Source: an uncultured delta proteobacterium (GTDB lineage Bacteria; Desulfobacterota; Binatia; Binatales; Binataceae). Taken from it: a DNA stretch of 64,000 nt. Positions within the stretch are counted from its first letter, which is position 1, and each line of letters starts with the position of its first letter. Of the stretch, positions 39,894 to 49,804 are shown piece by piece. The translations under genes were made by a program, and so were the position numbers. The stretch lies in contig CAWAMM010000009.1 of NCBI GenBank assembly GCA_963783145.1, positions 287,717 to 351,716 of the forward strand, in the 5' to 3' direction. A model generated the notes under the pieces. That model saw only the letters and a program-made list of their open reading frames with translations, made no database searches and was not told the DNA's origin.

Positions 39894-40847
39894 ATGACTC
39901 CCGCCGAAAAAGACGATCAACTCGCTACGCTCAGTCGCAATCTCCTCGATGCCTTCGATGCGGTTAATGCAGGAGTTCATTCCGGCTATCGCGCGGCACA
40001 TGCCAAGGGCATCATGCTGTCCGGCACCTTCACGCCGGCGCCCGGCGCGACCGCGCTGACCCGCGCGCCGCATCTGAATCGCCCCTCGACGCCGGTGAGC
40101 GTGCGCTTTTCCGATTTCGCGGGGATTCCGACCGTAGCCGACAACGATCCCAATGCGAGCCCGCGTGGTTTTGCGATCCGGTTTCATCTCGAGGGTGAGG
40201 CTTACACCGACATCGTCAGCCATTCTTACGACGGCTTCCCGGCGCGCACCGCGGAAGAACTCGCGGAGTTCCTGCGCGCGATTGCCGCGAGCGGTCCCAA
40301 TGCCCCGAAACCGTTGCCGATCGAATCCTATCTCGCGACGCATCCGGCGGCGCTGGAATTCGTGCAGGCGCCGAAACCGTTTCCCAGCAGCTTCGCCAAG
40401 GAAACTTTCTTCGGGGTGAATGCGTACAAGTTCACCAACGCGGCAGGCGCCGTACGATTCGGTCGCTACCGCATCCTCCCCGATGGCGCAGGCGAGTACC
40501 TTTCCGCCGCAGTCGCCGCCGCGAAGCCGGCCAGCTACCTTATCGATGAGATCAAGGAACGGGTCGCGAAAGGTCCGGTTAAAATGCACCTCGCCGTGCA
40601 ACTCGCCGAGGCCGGCGATGTGGTGGATGACTCAACTATCCATTGGCCTGCGAATCGGCCGCTGCTCGAACTCGGCACTATCTCGTTGAGCGCGGTGATG
40701 CCTGACAATGAGGCCGCGCAGCGCGAGCTGATTACCGATGTGATTCCACGCGTCGAGGGCATCGATCCTTCGGCAGATCCGCTCATCGAGGCTCGCTCGG
40801 CGGCCTATCTGATGAGTGGCCGCCGCCGCAACCGCAGCACCAAGTAG
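39894..40847 (+). CDS. Catalase-related peroxidase (small catalase-family haem protein)
   Basis: GYRAAHAKGIMLSGTFTP...RFSDF catalase core-like N-domain; 317 aa. Confidence 0.7.
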   Translation: MTPAEKDDQLATLSRNLLDAFDAVNAGVHSGYRAAHAKGIMLSGTFTPAPGATALTRAPHLNRPSTPVSVRFSDFAGIPTVADNDPNASPRGFAIRFHLEGEAYTDIVSHSYDGFPARTAEELAEFLRAIAASGPNAPKPLPIESYLATHPAALEFVQAPKPFPSSFAKETFFGVNAYKFTNAAGAVRFGRYRILPDGAGEYLSAAVAAAKPASYLIDEIKERVAKGPVKMHLAVQLAEAGDVVDDSTIHWPANRPLLELGTISLSAVMPDNEAAQRELITDVIPRVEGIDPSADPLIEARSAAYLMSGRRRNRSTK

Positions 40848-40859
40848 AGATCCCGGCGG

Positions 40860-41579
40860 CTACACGTAGGAGACCTGACTGCGGTGGACCTCGAGCAGCT
40901 CTGCCATGCGCACCAGCTCGGCCATTGAGTCCGCGTTCATCTTGCCCATCACGCGTCCGCGATGAGTCTTGATGGTCCGTTCGGTCGCTCCCAACGTTGC
41001 GCCGACCTGCTTGTTTAACAGACCCGCGGTTACCAGGGCGAAGACCTCGCGCTCCCGAGGCGTAAGGGTCTGCTGGCGTCGCTGCAGTTCGGTACGCTTC
41101 GAATTCTCCGCTCGCCTGGTGCGCGCAAGCTCGCCCGCTCGCATCACCGCGTCCAACAGCATTTGATCGTCAATCGGTTTTTCCAGGTAATCAACCGCCC
41201 CTTCGCGCATCGCCTGAACCCCGCATGCAACGTCGCCACACCCAGTCAGGAAGACCATCTGCGCACTGCTCATCGATTGCTTAATCTCGGCCAGCAGTTG
41301 CAACCCATTCATGCGCGGCAGGTAAATATCCGCTACGATGCAGTCCTTGTCCCGAAAGCCTTGCGACTCCAGGAAGCTTTCCGCCGATGCATAGGCTGAT
41401 AGGTCAAAGCCCGCGGTCGCGAGCTGGAAGGTGAGGGCCTCGCGGAAGCCTTCATCATCTGCCACCACGGCGACGGTGAGTCTCGCCGGCGTCTCATTCG
41501 CGATGTTTGCACTGGTGATTCTTTCTCGGCTCTGCTCGGTCATCATATGCTGGTTCCCCACCCCCGGCTGTTCGGCCAA
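40860..41579 (-). CDS. FixJ/NarL-family response regulator (REC + LuxR HTH)
   Basis: REC domain with conserved D; C-terminal LTPREREVF...KTIKTHRGRVMGKM LuxR HTH. True start is probably M at 41546. Confidence 0.8.
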   Translation of the reverse strand: MAEQPGVGNQHMMTEQSRERITSANIANETPARLTVAVVADDEGFREALTFQLATAGFDLSAYASAESFLESQGFRDKDCIVADIYLPRMNGLQLLAEIKQSMSSAQMVFLTGCGDVACGVQAMREGAVDYLEKPIDDQMLLDAVMRAGELARTRRAENSKRTELQRRQQTLTPREREVFALVTAGLLNKQVGATLGATERTIKTHRGRVMGKMNADSMAELVRMAELLEVHRSQVSYV

Positions 41580-41712
41580 TTTTCCTCGCGCAACGACTGA
41601 GCGGCACCATAGCCGCGCGATCGATTTGCGGGAAATGCAAAATGTTTATGCTCTCGATGCACGCCCTGCATGATCGATGGTTACTCTCGCGAGGCAATGT
41701 TAATCTGCGCGC

Positions 41713-42798
41713 ATGAATTTCGACAGGCTCCGTCACTTCGAGGCGGTCGCACGACGCGGCAGCTTCATCCATGCCGCGGAGGATTTACACCTCACCCAGC
41801 CCGCTTTGACGCGCAGCGTGCAGGTTCTGGAACGTGAAATCGGCGGACCGCTGTTCGATCGAGGGCGGCGCCGGGTGGCGCTGACCGGGTTCGGCAGGTT
41901 CGTGCTGGAGCGCGTCCAGGTGCTGGTTTCCTCGCACAATCAGCTGAGCCATGAGATCGAGCAGTTTCGCGGTGTCGAGAGCGGCCATCTCCACGTCGGC
42001 TTCGGTCCGCTCTCCGCCGAGACCCTCGGGGCGCGCTCCATCGGCCGCTTCCAGAGCGAGCACCCGGGGATCAGTTTGCGCGTATCATTCCCGGCCGTTG
42101 ACGAGATGGTGGAGGCCGTCAGCAGCGGCCGCATCGAGGTCCTGATCGGCGAGCCCGATCCGCAAAAGGCGCAGCCCGAATTGCTTCAGGTTGGGTTGCG
42201 GAAACGGCCCGGGTTCTTTTATTGCCGCGCCGGCCATCCGCTGCTCAAGAAACAGCCGCCCGCGCTCAACGACCTGGCCGACTACCCCTTCGTCGGTTTC
42301 AAATTGCCTCCCGAGTTTGGGCATATGGCGGAGATGGGGAAATTCGGCGATATCGAACCGGGAACCGGGATGTTGGTGCCCAAGGTCGAATGCTACTCGA
42401 TCTCCGCCACCAAACAGATTGTCGCGGTCAGCAATGGTCTCGGGGCGGCAACCCTCTCCATGATGTGGAAAGAAATCCGCGACGGCGAGCTGGCCCCGAT
42501 TGCGCTGGAGATTCCCGGCTTCGCCACCGGCTACTCGACCATTACCTTGCGGGGCCGGATGCTGACGCCCGCGGCTCAGGCTTTCGTGGAAATCGTGCAG
42601 GCGGTCGACGAGGAAACCGAGGAATTGCTGCCGCGCGCGCTGGGGACCAAAGCGCACTATCTCGCGGGTATCGCGCGGCGCACACGCGATCGAGTTTCGG
42701 CGCAGGCGGCCGGCTCCGGGTTCGCGCTCGGATCGCCCAGCAAGCGCACTCAATCCGGCAATCCTACTGCGGCGCGCAAGCACTCCTCCTCGCGCTAG
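41713..42798 (+). CDS. LysR-family transcriptional regulator
   Basis: N-terminal HTH LRHFEAVARRGSFIHAAEDLHLTQPALTRSVQVLE; substrate-binding domain. Confidence 0.85.
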   Translation: MNFDRLRHFEAVARRGSFIHAAEDLHLTQPALTRSVQVLEREIGGPLFDRGRRRVALTGFGRFVLERVQVLVSSHNQLSHEIEQFRGVESGHLHVGFGPLSAETLGARSIGRFQSEHPGISLRVSFPAVDEMVEAVSSGRIEVLIGEPDPQKAQPELLQVGLRKRPGFFYCRAGHPLLKKQPPALNDLADYPFVGFKLPPEFGHMAEMGKFGDIEPGTGMLVPKVECYSISATKQIVAVSNGLGAATLSMMWKEIRDGELAPIALEIPGFATGYSTITLRGRMLTPAAQAFVEIVQAVDEETEELLPRALGTKAHYLAGIARRTRDRVSAQAAGSGFALGSPSKRTQSGNPTAARKHSSSR

Positions 42799-42840
42799 CG
42801 CGATGCGATTGCCGTTTCGATCCACCATCGCGGCGGTCGA

Positions 42841-43059
42841 TTACGCTGCCGCGAAACGGTCAGACCTTACCACTTCGATAGGGATGCCTGCTTCAGTCAA
42901 TCGGCTGGTGGTCAGCTCGGCGTAGGAATCGGCGACGTAAATCACGCCCTGCGATTCATGATAGGCGACGATGGTGGGATGGAGGAGCACACTCAGGGGC
43001 GTCTTGAGCACCTCAAAAACCGGGGCGGCGGCTTCCGACGAGAGAACGATTTTGGTCAT
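42841..43059 (-). CDS. Small hypothetical protein (72 aa)
   Basis: ORF only; no motif recognised. Confidence 0.25.
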   Translation of the reverse strand: MTKIVLSSEAAAPVFEVLKTPLSVLLHPTIVAYHESQGVIYVADSYAELTTSRLTEAGIPIEVVRSDRFAAA

Positions 43060-43166
43060 GGCGAGTACCGGGCAAAGTTCCGAGTGATCCGGGAGGGCTG
43101 GAGGTCGATACGGAGAGGTGGTCGAGGGCTTCCGGGCGCAGTCTTAGTGTCCGCCGCTATGGTTAC

Positions 43167-44264
43167 CTAGTGCAACCGGCTTATGTTCTCTGTATAACCA
43201 ATTCGTTTCGTTCGTAATCGTGGATCTTGGGTGTAAATGGTTATCGGAGTGCCGGGATTGTTCGGATTTAGCACTTCGATGGTCGAGCCAAAAATATCGA
43301 AGAGCGGCACTTTAACCCCGGTCAGTCCTGGCTCGGTGTAGCTCGCCGAGGCCGCAAGTCCCCCGCCCGGAGGAGTCAGGAAGCTGACGTACTGTGTCAG
43401 CTGCTGGAATCCGACGAGCGCGCTCCCATCGTGAAGGAAGTACTGCGGAAAGCTGTAGGCGCTGTTGGTCAGGGTTTCCCGCCGCCCCAGCGGATCGAAG
43501 GTGTTGGCGATAGTGGACCCCGCTCCTGCGAGCGTGGTTAGCTGATTACGGGAGTTCCAGCTGTAGGTAAGGCCGGTGCTGGGATCGAACTTGATATTGT
43601 CGGCGGTGTTGTTGCTGCCCACGGTCTCGTAAGTCACCTGCGTGCCGTTCCAGGTGAAAAGTTGGTCGATCGCTGTATAGGTCGCGCTCTCGCCGATCGG
43701 GGCGCTGATGGCCGCCAGAGTCCCTCCTTCGTCGATCAAACGCCCATCCAGATCGTAACCGTAGGAAAGATTGCCCAAGCTACTACCGCCCAAGATCTGA
43801 AATGTCTGTAGCGTCGGGCGTTCGTCGGCGTCCGGCGTGAAAATCGTCTCGATGCCATTCGCGATCGTGTTGGCTAGCCCGCCATCCATGTCGTAGTTGT
43901 ACGCAGTTTGAGTGGTGGTATTTCCCGTGTAGCTAACCGACCCCGAGGGTCCACAGCTCGGAAGTTGGGTTCCATTGTTGGACATGGACACCAGCTCGTC
44001 TGCACAGTCGTACCCATAGTTGACGGTCGGCATGGAGAAGTTGTTGAGCGTACTCGTCATCTGGGTACGGCGCCCGTTCTCATCGTATTTAAAGCCGAGA
44101 GTAGGGCTGGTCGTCCCCGGTGTATTCACAGGGGGGAGCGAGAGGACTGTGGTGCCGGGGGTTTCCGCTTCCGAGAGAACGTTGTCCACCCCGTCATAAG
44201 TATAGGCGATTGAATCGTAGAAGAGCGTGGCTGGGCTGCCGCCGTTCTCGTACCAGGAGGTCAA
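43167..44264 (-). pseudogene. RHS/YD-repeat protein fragment (no N-terminus, no RHS core or C-terminal tip)
   Basis: Multiple YD repeats (YTYDGVDN, GFKYDENGRR, YGYDLDGRL, YNYDMDGG). Only 365 aa. Abuts the repeat element at 44283. Confidence 0.65.
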
Positions 44265-44282
44265 TCCGGTGGGGGAGGTGGG

Positions 44283-44474
44283 GGCGGGCGCGGTGGTCGC
44301 TCTTCATCTTGCGACCACTGTGACCGCGAGGCGGGGGGTGGGGATGGCGCGGCGGTCGCTCGGTTTCTCTCTGCGACCGGCGTGCCATCTATCCGGGAAT
44401 CCTCGCTGCGCGGGCGCCATTGGCGCACGCGCCTCAACATTCAGGCATCAATCACAATAACGCGCGACCGTGCG
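44283..44474 (+). repeat. ~192-bp dispersed repeat (MITE-like), copy A, direct orientation
   Basis: Near-identical to 49611-49804; further inverted copies at 51540-51790 and 53810-53950. Confidence 0.8.
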
Positions 44475-44475
44475 A

Positions 44476-46791
44476 TCAGGCGGCTTGCTGATACAGGTAG
44501 CGCTGGAAGCCGACGAAGGTTTTGTTGATGTCTTCCGGCTTTCCGAGGTCGGCAACCGCATCGGCAATCGAGTTGTGGTACTTCAGGCGCAGCAGAGGCG
44601 TCAGTTTTTCCGGGTCGAGCTCATCGACGCCTACGCTCACGTAGTGAGATAGGACGAAGTCGAGGAACGCCTGCTGCCGGGCTGGGAAGCTCGTCCCGAT
44701 CACCACTTTGGCGTTCGCCGCGCGCTCCTCGCGCGTAAGCGGCGCCAGCGCGTACGCGATGTGCGCCAGCACATCGAAGAGGTCGCTCTTCTCCGCGTCG
44801 ATGATCTTTTGCATCTCGTCGAGCTGCGCGCGCCCGAAGCCTTTTTCGGCGAGGCCATCCAATAACTTGCGCCGCGTGTCGGGCGCGCTCCACAGCGTGC
44901 GCAATTCCGCTTCATCTTTGAAAAACTCCGGCAGCTTGCCGAACAGCAACTGCATGAACTGCTGCGCCGACATCGGCTTGCCGTCGGCATGCCAGAACGT
45001 GGTGCACATCATGTCCTGGATCGAGCGCGCCTTGCCGTCCGAGAGTTTGATCTTGATCTTCTGCGGACGCGGACGCGGTTCCAGCGGAGGCCCAGGGTCA
45101 ATCGGCGGCCCCTCGATTTTCGGCTTTTTCGGTTCTTCCGGCTCCGGCTCGATCGGCTCGCCGTCCCACTCAGGATCGCTGAAATGATGATGGGCCTTTA
45201 CGAAGTCGAGGATCGTGAAGTAATCCTTGCCATCGTAGAGCCGCGTGCCGCGTCCGATGATCTGCTTGAACTCGATCATCGAATTGATCGGCCGCATCAG
45301 CACGATATTGCGGATGTTGCGCGCGTCGACGCCGGTCGAAAGCTTCTGCGAGGTCGTCAGAATGGTGGGGATGGTCTTTTCGTTGTCCTGGAACGCGCGT
45401 AGATGCTGCTCGCCCAGCGCGCCGTCATCTGCCGTGACCCGCTGGCAGTAGTTGGGCTCCTTGCTGGTCTTGAGCTGATTGATAAGGTCGCGCACCGCCA
45501 GCGCATGCGCCTGGGTCGCGCAAAACACCAGCGTCTTTTCGTTCTGGTTGATCTGCTCCATCAGCAGCTTCACCCGATGCGCCTCGCGTTCCTTGATCTC
45601 GATGATCTTGTTGAAGTCGCTTTCGGTGTAGCGCTTGCCTTCCTGGACCTCGCCCTCGATCAGCGTGTCGTCGGCGGTATAGACGTATTCATCGAGGGTG
45701 GTGGAGATTTGCTTGACCTTGAACGGGGTCAGGTAGCCGTCGTTGATACCGTCCTTCAGCGAGTAAACGTAAACCGGGTCGCCGAAATACTTGTAAGTGT
45801 CGACGTTGTCCTGGCGCTTGGGCGTGGCGGTGAGACCTAGCTGCACCGCAGGCGCGAAGTACTCCAGGATGCCGCGCCAGTTGCTCTCGTCGTTGGCGCC
45901 GCCGCGATGGCATTCGTCGATCACGATGAAATCGAAGAAGTCGGGCGGATACGCTCCGAAGTTCGATGACTTCGTCCCATCTTTGGACTCGGTCATGAAG
46001 GTCTGAAAGATGGTGAAGAAGAGGCTGCCGTTCTTGGGCACCTTGCCCTTCTTGCTGATTTCTTCGGGACGAATCCGCACCATCGCGTCTTCGGGAAATG
46101 CGGAGAACTCGTTATAGGCCTGATCCGCCAGGATGTTGCGGTCGGCGAGGAACAAGATGCGCGGACGGCGCTCGGGCTTACGGCTCAGATTCCAGCGTGC
46201 GTGAAATAGCTTCCACGCGATCTGAAACGCGATGAAGGTCTTGCCGGTGCCGGTCGCGAGCGTGAGCAGGATGCGCTGCTGGTTCGCCGCGATCGCCTCC
46301 ATCACTCGATCGACGGCGATGTCCTGGTAGTAGCGGCTCAGATGCGAACCGCCCTTGTCCTGAAAGGGCACTTTCGCGAAGTCGTCACGCCATTGGTTTT
46401 GTTCGGCGAAGGTGCGGTTCCAGAGTTCTTCGGGGCTGGGATAAGCGGCCAACGGACCTTCGGTGCCGTCAACCATATCGACGCCGTAGATGCCCTGCCC
46501 GTTGGAGCAATACCCGAAGCGTACTTTCAGCTTGTCGGCATAGTCCTTGGCCTGCGCGAGGCCCTGGGTAAGTTCCTCATCCCACGCCTTGGCCTCGACC
46601 ACGGCCAGCTTGTGGTTGCGATATTCCAGCACGTAGTCGAGCTTGAGGCCTTTGGCGCGCTTTCCGAAACCTTCCAGCCGACCGAGGGAGATGGGATATT
46701 CGCACCGAAGGCGGCTGCCCTCGACCACGCCCCATCCAGCGGCTCTAAGGGCAGGGTCGATGTACTCGTTTCTGGTTTCGGCCTCGTTCAT
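44476..46791 (-). CDS. hsdR: Type I restriction enzyme R subunit
   Basis: N-terminal nuclease domain (VVEAKAW), helicase motifs LATGTGKT, DECHRG, and further SF2 motifs; 771 aa. Confidence 0.85.
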   Translation of the reverse strand: MNEAETRNEYIDPALRAAGWGVVEGSRLRCEYPISLGRLEGFGKRAKGLKLDYVLEYRNHKLAVVEAKAWDEELTQGLAQAKDYADKLKVRFGYCSNGQGIYGVDMVDGTEGPLAAYPSPEELWNRTFAEQNQWRDDFAKVPFQDKGGSHLSRYYQDIAVDRVMEAIAANQQRILLTLATGTGKTFIAFQIAWKLFHARWNLSRKPERRPRILFLADRNILADQAYNEFSAFPEDAMVRIRPEEISKKGKVPKNGSLFFTIFQTFMTESKDGTKSSNFGAYPPDFFDFIVIDECHRGGANDESNWRGILEYFAPAVQLGLTATPKRQDNVDTYKYFGDPVYVYSLKDGINDGYLTPFKVKQISTTLDEYVYTADDTLIEGEVQEGKRYTESDFNKIIEIKEREAHRVKLLMEQINQNEKTLVFCATQAHALAVRDLINQLKTSKEPNYCQRVTADDGALGEQHLRAFQDNEKTIPTILTTSQKLSTGVDARNIRNIVLMRPINSMIEFKQIIGRGTRLYDGKDYFTILDFVKAHHHFSDPEWDGEPIEPEPEEPKKPKIEGPPIDPGPPLEPRPRPQKIKIKLSDGKARSIQDMMCTTFWHADGKPMSAQQFMQLLFGKLPEFFKDEAELRTLWSAPDTRRKLLDGLAEKGFGRAQLDEMQKIIDAEKSDLFDVLAHIAYALAPLTREERAANAKVVIGTSFPARQQAFLDFVLSHYVSVGVDELDPEKLTPLLRLKYHNSIADAVADLGKPEDINKTFVGFQRYLYQQAA

Positions 46792-48032
46792 GCGACGCGT
46801 TCCTGGAGTTTTTCGGATGCGGCTAGCTCACCGTTGAAGGCCTGATGCAGCAGGGACTTCTTGAGCGCCTCGATTGCTACGAGTTTGCGCTTGTAAATGG
46901 ATTCGAGGCGCTGGGTTTCCTCCGCGAGAGTATCGAGTACCGTTACCGCTGCGCGCTGCTGATGCGGGGTTACTCTTGGGACCTCGAAGCTTCTCAGTAC
47001 TTTCAACGACACGGTTTTCTGAGCCGTGCCAGTGGCGCGTTCGTCCGCTTGCTTGAACACCTGAGGCGACAAGAGCAGGTAGTAAAGCCAAGCACTCTGG
47101 ATTTCCGCCTTCGGTCGAATCAATCCAATGTGCCGCTGGAAGCAGAATTCAAAATTGTTCTCAAGGATCACAGGAATGCCGAACGAGCCTGTGACCGTAT
47201 AGAGCACGTCGCCTTTGCTTGGCTTTCGATGCGTCTTTATGCGGTCAAAATAATTGCGAGGCACCATGAACGTATTGGTGAAGTCGATGGTCCGCGTCTC
47301 CTTGTTAATATTCCCGATCGTGACCAAAGGGACTCCGGCTTGCGACTTGGGCGGCGGAACATGATCTCCGTCAGTTATGTCGGTCGCCAGGTCTGAGAGA
47401 GCGACCAACTCGCAGGACGACCACATCTCCGCGAACACGGATTGGAGGTGGCTCTCGAAAATGGCGCGGGCGTTTTGGAGGTTCTTTTCGGCGTTGGCTT
47501 TGGCGGTCGCGATGCCCTCGAACGCCTCATCGAGGATGCCTACGATCCGCCGCTGCTCCGGAAGCGGAGGAACCGGAATGCGATAACTCTCTATGAATTC
47601 CTTCGCAACTCGCTGCTGACCGACCGCGCCACCCATTCGCGCCTCCCCTTCAATTCGAAAGTCGGCACGAGACAAGTAGTAGTAGAGGAACTCTTTGTCG
47701 AGACCTTGGGGCGGACGAAAGACAATGAACTCGCTGGAACCGAACCCAATGCCGTTGGTCAACCCTGACGCAATTCCAAGCTTTCCGTTCTCGAAACAGG
47801 GGGTGATCTTTGCAAGCAGTACGTCGCCGTCGGCGAAGTAGGTGTAACTCCCCTCTACTGACGCGAGTGGTTTAGCCTGTGTCGGAGTCAGGACCTTTCG
47901 GTCGATCCCGAGATCTTCCATCGGGACAAACGATACGAGCGCTTCGGGATCGACTCGCTTTCGCGCTTCCGACTTTGGCGGCCGTATCTCGCAGACCTCG
48001 GCCAAACTCTTTGTCGGCCATCCATTCTTCAT
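46788..48032 (-). CDS. hsdS: Type I restriction-modification specificity subunit
   Basis: Two TRD-like halves with conserved central/terminal repeats; 4-nt overlaps with hsdM and hsdR. Confidence 0.8.
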   Translation of the reverse strand: MKNGWPTKSLAEVCEIRPPKSEARKRVDPEALVSFVPMEDLGIDRKVLTPTQAKPLASVEGSYTYFADGDVLLAKITPCFENGKLGIASGLTNGIGFGSSEFIVFRPPQGLDKEFLYYYLSRADFRIEGEARMGGAVGQQRVAKEFIESYRIPVPPLPEQRRIVGILDEAFEGIATAKANAEKNLQNARAIFESHLQSVFAEMWSSCELVALSDLATDITDGDHVPPPKSQAGVPLVTIGNINKETRTIDFTNTFMVPRNYFDRIKTHRKPSKGDVLYTVTGSFGIPVILENNFEFCFQRHIGLIRPKAEIQSAWLYYLLLSPQVFKQADERATGTAQKTVSLKVLRSFEVPRVTPHQQRAAVTVLDTLAEETQRLESIYKRKLVAIEALKKSLLHQAFNGELAASEKLQERVA

Positions 48033-49489
48033 AGCAGCGCTCGAATGTTGTTCAGCACTTCGGCGCTTTCAGCATCGAGTGCGACGATTTCGTCGATGAT
48101 CTCTGTCGGGCTGCGATGCGCCACTTCTTCCGCGCTGTTGGGATTCTTGACCGACAAGTCGAAGGTCCTCGGGTCGATGCTCTTCGCATCGACGCTCCAA
48201 CTGTTCGACGAATCCGCGAAGGTCTTTTGCAACTTCACGAACTCCGCGAGGTCATCATCATTCGGCGGATTGGTCTTGCCGAGGTTGCGGCCTGGGTCAA
48301 GCTGATAAAACCAGATCTTCCGCGTCGGGGCGCCTTTCTCGAAGAACAGCACGACGGTCTTCACACCCGCACCTTGGAACGTGCCGCCCGGAAGGTCGAG
48401 GACAGTGTAAAGGTTGCAATCCTCGAATAGCTTCTTGCGCAGACTCACGGAGGCATTGTCGGTGTTGGAGAGAAACGTATTCTTGATGACGATGCCGCCG
48501 CGTCCGCCCGCCTTGAGAATCCGGATGAAGTGCTGGAGGAACAGAAACGCAGTCTCACCCGTGCGAATCGGGAAGTTCTGCTGCACTTCCTTGCGTTCGC
48601 TGCCGCCGAACGGCGGATTCGCCAGCACCACCTCGTAGCGGTCCTTTTCCTGGATGTCGGCGAGATTCTCGGTCAGCGTGTTGGTGTGGATGACATTAGG
48701 CGCCTCGATGCCGTGCAGAATCATGTTCATGATCGCCATCACATAGGCGAGCGACTTCTTTTCCTTGCCGTAGAAGGTGCGGGTCTGCAGCGTCTCGAAC
48801 TCCTTGACGGTCAGTTTCTTGTCGCGCTGCATAAAGTCGTAGGACTCGCACAGGAAGCCGGCCGAGCCGCATGCGCCGTCGTAGATACGCTCGCCGATCT
48901 TCGGCTTGACGACCTGTATTATCGCGCGGATTAGGGGGCGCGGCGTGTAATACTCGCCGCCGTTGCGCCCGGCATTACCCATGTTCTTGATCTTGGCTTC
49001 ATACAGGATGCGACAGCTCGTGCTTCTCGGTCTGGGAGCGGAAGCGCAGCTCGTCGATATGGTCGATGATCTCGCGCAGGTTGTAGCCGCTCTGGATCTT
49101 GTTTTTGATCTCGCCGAAGATTTCGCCGATTTTGTACTCGATGGTGTTCGGTTCGGTCCGGTGGCCTTCAGCTTGAAGCCCTGCAGATAGGGAAAGAGCT
49201 TCTGGTTGACGAAGTCGCAGATATCGTCGCCGGTCATCGCACGGTTATGGTCGAGCTTGCCGTCTTTGCCTTTGGGCGCCGCCCAGCTTATCCATCGGTA
49301 ATCCTTATCGAGGAGGTAGCTGTAGCTTCGGCCGTCGATCTGGGCGATGGTCAGCCGTTCCTGCTCCAAATCATCGAGATATTTGAGGAAGAGCAGCCAC
49401 GAAGTCTGCTCGATGTAGTCGAGCTCGGTGGTGCATCCGTCCTCCTTACGGAGGACATCATCGATGTTGCGAAAAGCCTGTTCGAACAC
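48029..49489 (-). CDS. hsdM: Type I R-M N6-adenine DNA methyltransferase subunit (with apparent paired internal frameshifts)
   Basis: HsdM_N-like N-terminus, GGEYYTPR, DGACGSAGFL (motif I), VLANPPFG (motif IV). The 49020-49160 segment is S/T/R-rich in-frame but protein-like in an alternative frame. Confidence 0.8.
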   Translation of the reverse strand: MFEQAFRNIDDVLRKEDGCTTELDYIEQTSWLLFLKYLDDLEQERLTIAQIDGRSYSYLLDKDYRWISWAAPKGKDGKLDHNRAMTGDDICDFVNQKLFPYLQGFKLKATGPNRTPSSTKSAKSSARSKTRSRAATTCARSSTISTSCASAPRPRSTSCRILYEAKIKNMGNAGRNGGEYYTPRPLIRAIIQVVKPKIGERIYDGACGSAGFLCESYDFMQRDKKLTVKEFETLQTRTFYGKEKKSLAYVMAIMNMILHGIEAPNVIHTNTLTENLADIQEKDRYEVVLANPPFGGSERKEVQQNFPIRTGETAFLFLQHFIRILKAGGRGGIVIKNTFLSNTDNASVSLRKKLFEDCNLYTVLDLPGGTFQGAGVKTVVLFFEKGAPTRKIWFYQLDPGRNLGKTNPPNDDDLAEFVKLQKTFADSSNSWSVDAKSIDPRTFDLSVKNPNSAEEVAHRSPTEIIDEIVALDAESAEVLNNIRALL

Positions 49490-49610
49490 GAATCCCCCAA
49501 AGCCCCAATCAGCTTGCCTTCGCTAAGCTGAAAGCAAATTAAGTTAGCATGAGCGAGACGGATAGTGGGGCGAAAGTATCATTGTTGGGGGTGGCAGTCG
49601 AATGGCGGGG

Positions 49611-49804
49611 GCGGGCGCGGTGGTCGCTCTTCATCTTGCGACCACCGTGACCGCGAGTGGCGGGGCGGGGCGGGATGGCGCGGCGGTCGCTCGGTTTCTC
49701 TCTGCGACCGGCGTGCCATCTATCCGGGAATCCTCGCTGCGCGGGCGCCATTGGCGCACGCGCCTCAACATTCAGGCATCAATCACAATAACGCGCGACC
49801 GTGC
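49611..49804 (+). repeat. ~192-bp dispersed repeat (MITE-like), copy B, direct orientation; overlaps the 3' end of the RR gene
   Basis: Alignment with copy A is ~95% identical. Its last 27 nt encode RTVARYCD-stop of the REC-only RR. Confidence 0.8.

Noticed and set aside
42841-43059. 72-aa ORF downstream of the RHS fragment considered as a possible RHS immunity gene.
   Set aside because: The RHS fragment lacks its C-terminal toxin tip, so there is no basis to pair an immunity protein; the peptide has no recognisable features.
44194-44388. Recurrent small ORFs (MARRSQRETER…/GGRDGAAVA…) at 44194-44460, 49539-49882, 51480-51767, 53639-53956, 54562-54777.
   Set aside because: They are translations of the dispersed 192-bp/57-bp repeat copies in various frames. 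Their recurrence marks the repeats, not genes.
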